Source: an uncultured Pelagibacteraceae bacterium
GTDB lineage: Bacteria; Pseudomonadota; Alphaproteobacteria; Pelagibacterales; Pelagibacteraceae
Direction: 5' to 3'
DNA length: 64,000 nt
Assembly: GCA_902558795.1 (NCBI GenBank)
Contig: CACEFI010000001.1
Span: 3,665-67,664 of the forward strand
Both the position numbers and the translations under genes were made by a program. Numbering within the stretch: position 1 is the first letter of the stretch; every line of letters starts with the position of its first letter. Positions 63,337 through 64,000 of the stretch are shown here, in pieces. Below the pieces are notes generated by a model. It was not told where the DNA came from and searched no databases. It saw only the letters and a program-made list of their open reading frames with translations.

Positions 63337-64000
63337 TCTTTGCCTATCACATCTGGTGTTTGCCAATTTAAGTTTTGGCCACTATCTATGGCTAAAACTT
63401 GTCCTGTAATAGATCTGTTTTTAATAAAAAAGTCAACCGCATTACAAATTTCATTAACATCAACCTGTCTTTTTAAAGGTGTTGCTAAATATTGTTTTTT
63501 AAAGTGTTTATCACTTTGTCTTTTATTTTTGATCGTCGGACCTGGGGCTATTCCATTCACTCTTATGTTTGGAGCCAAGCTCATGGCACTTGTTTTTGTT
63601 AAAGTGTAAAGACCAGTTTTACTTATAGTGTAAGAAAAAAAATAAGGAGTGAGTTTAAATACTCTTTGATCAATAATATTGATAATATTGTTATTCTTGC
63701 CTTTAATGTTTTTTGCAAATTCTTTAGAAAGTAAAGCTGGTGTTCTTAAATTTGTTCTTAGGTGTTTTCCCCAACTTTCAGTTGTAAAATTTTCTAATTT
63801 ATCATTTTCAAAAAGGGATGCATTATTAATCAGACAATCAAAATATTTTAATTTAGATTTTGCAAATTTAACTATCTTATTTAAATCTGTTTCTTTGCTT
63901 AAGTCTCCTTTTGCTAAGTAAATTTTAGTACCATTTTTTTCTAATTCTTTTTTTAAGCTTTCTGCTTTTGATTTTGATTTATTGTAATGGATTAGCATTT
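63333..64000 (-). CDS. SDR oxidoreductase, pteridine reductase-like (5'-partial)
   Basis: IHY..S, LINNAS.F, YTISK (YxxxK), RVNGIAPG, ITGQ...DSG. Next to folB. Confidence 0.85.
   Translation of the reverse strand, partial: MLIHYNKSKSKAESLKKELEKNGTKIYLAKGDLSKETDLNKIVKFAKSKLKYFDCLINNASLFENDKLENFTTESWGKHLRTNLRTPALLSKEFAKNIKGKNNNIINIIDQRVFKLTPYFFSYTISKTGLYTLTKTSAMSLAPNIRVNGIAPGPTIKNKRQSDKHFKKQYLATPLKRQVDVNEICNAVDFFIKNRSITGQVLAIDSGQNLNWQTPDVIGKE

Overview
Very AT-rich, gene-dense 64 kb window from a streamlined marine alphaproteobacterium. Gene content, order and tiny intergenic spaces strongly suggest Pelagibacterales/SAR11 (inference, no database search). It is almost all core genome: ribF-ileS-lspA, purD, a lipid A block (msbA-waaA-lpxK-lpxL), ubiA, the cytochrome c oxidase operon, thrC/thrB, ispH/ispE, a retinal pathway (crtI-crtB-crtY-blh, no rhodopsin gene in the window) directly behind the Fo ATP synthase genes, a short Smc, mutY, ccrM, tRNA-Gln next to cca, petABC, ychF-pth-rplY-prs, a MarR-OmpR-EnvZ-like cluster, ilvE, pgsA and uvrC. 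I found no mobile element, prophage, CRISPR array or rRNA. The best candidates for follow-up are: (1) an HxlR-type regulator divergent from a CDGSH [2Fe-2S]-DoxX-pirin-quinone reductase operon, with candidate operators; (2) a ccrM promoter with GANTC sites in its spacer and -10; (3) an 857-aa Smc with no recognisable hinge; (4) a homopolymer frameshift in lgt; (5) two small membrane-protein genes missing from the ORF track; (6) extreme compaction, with all 10 convergent junctions overlapping and one divergent pair separated by 0 bp. I cannot show that any of these is undescribed.
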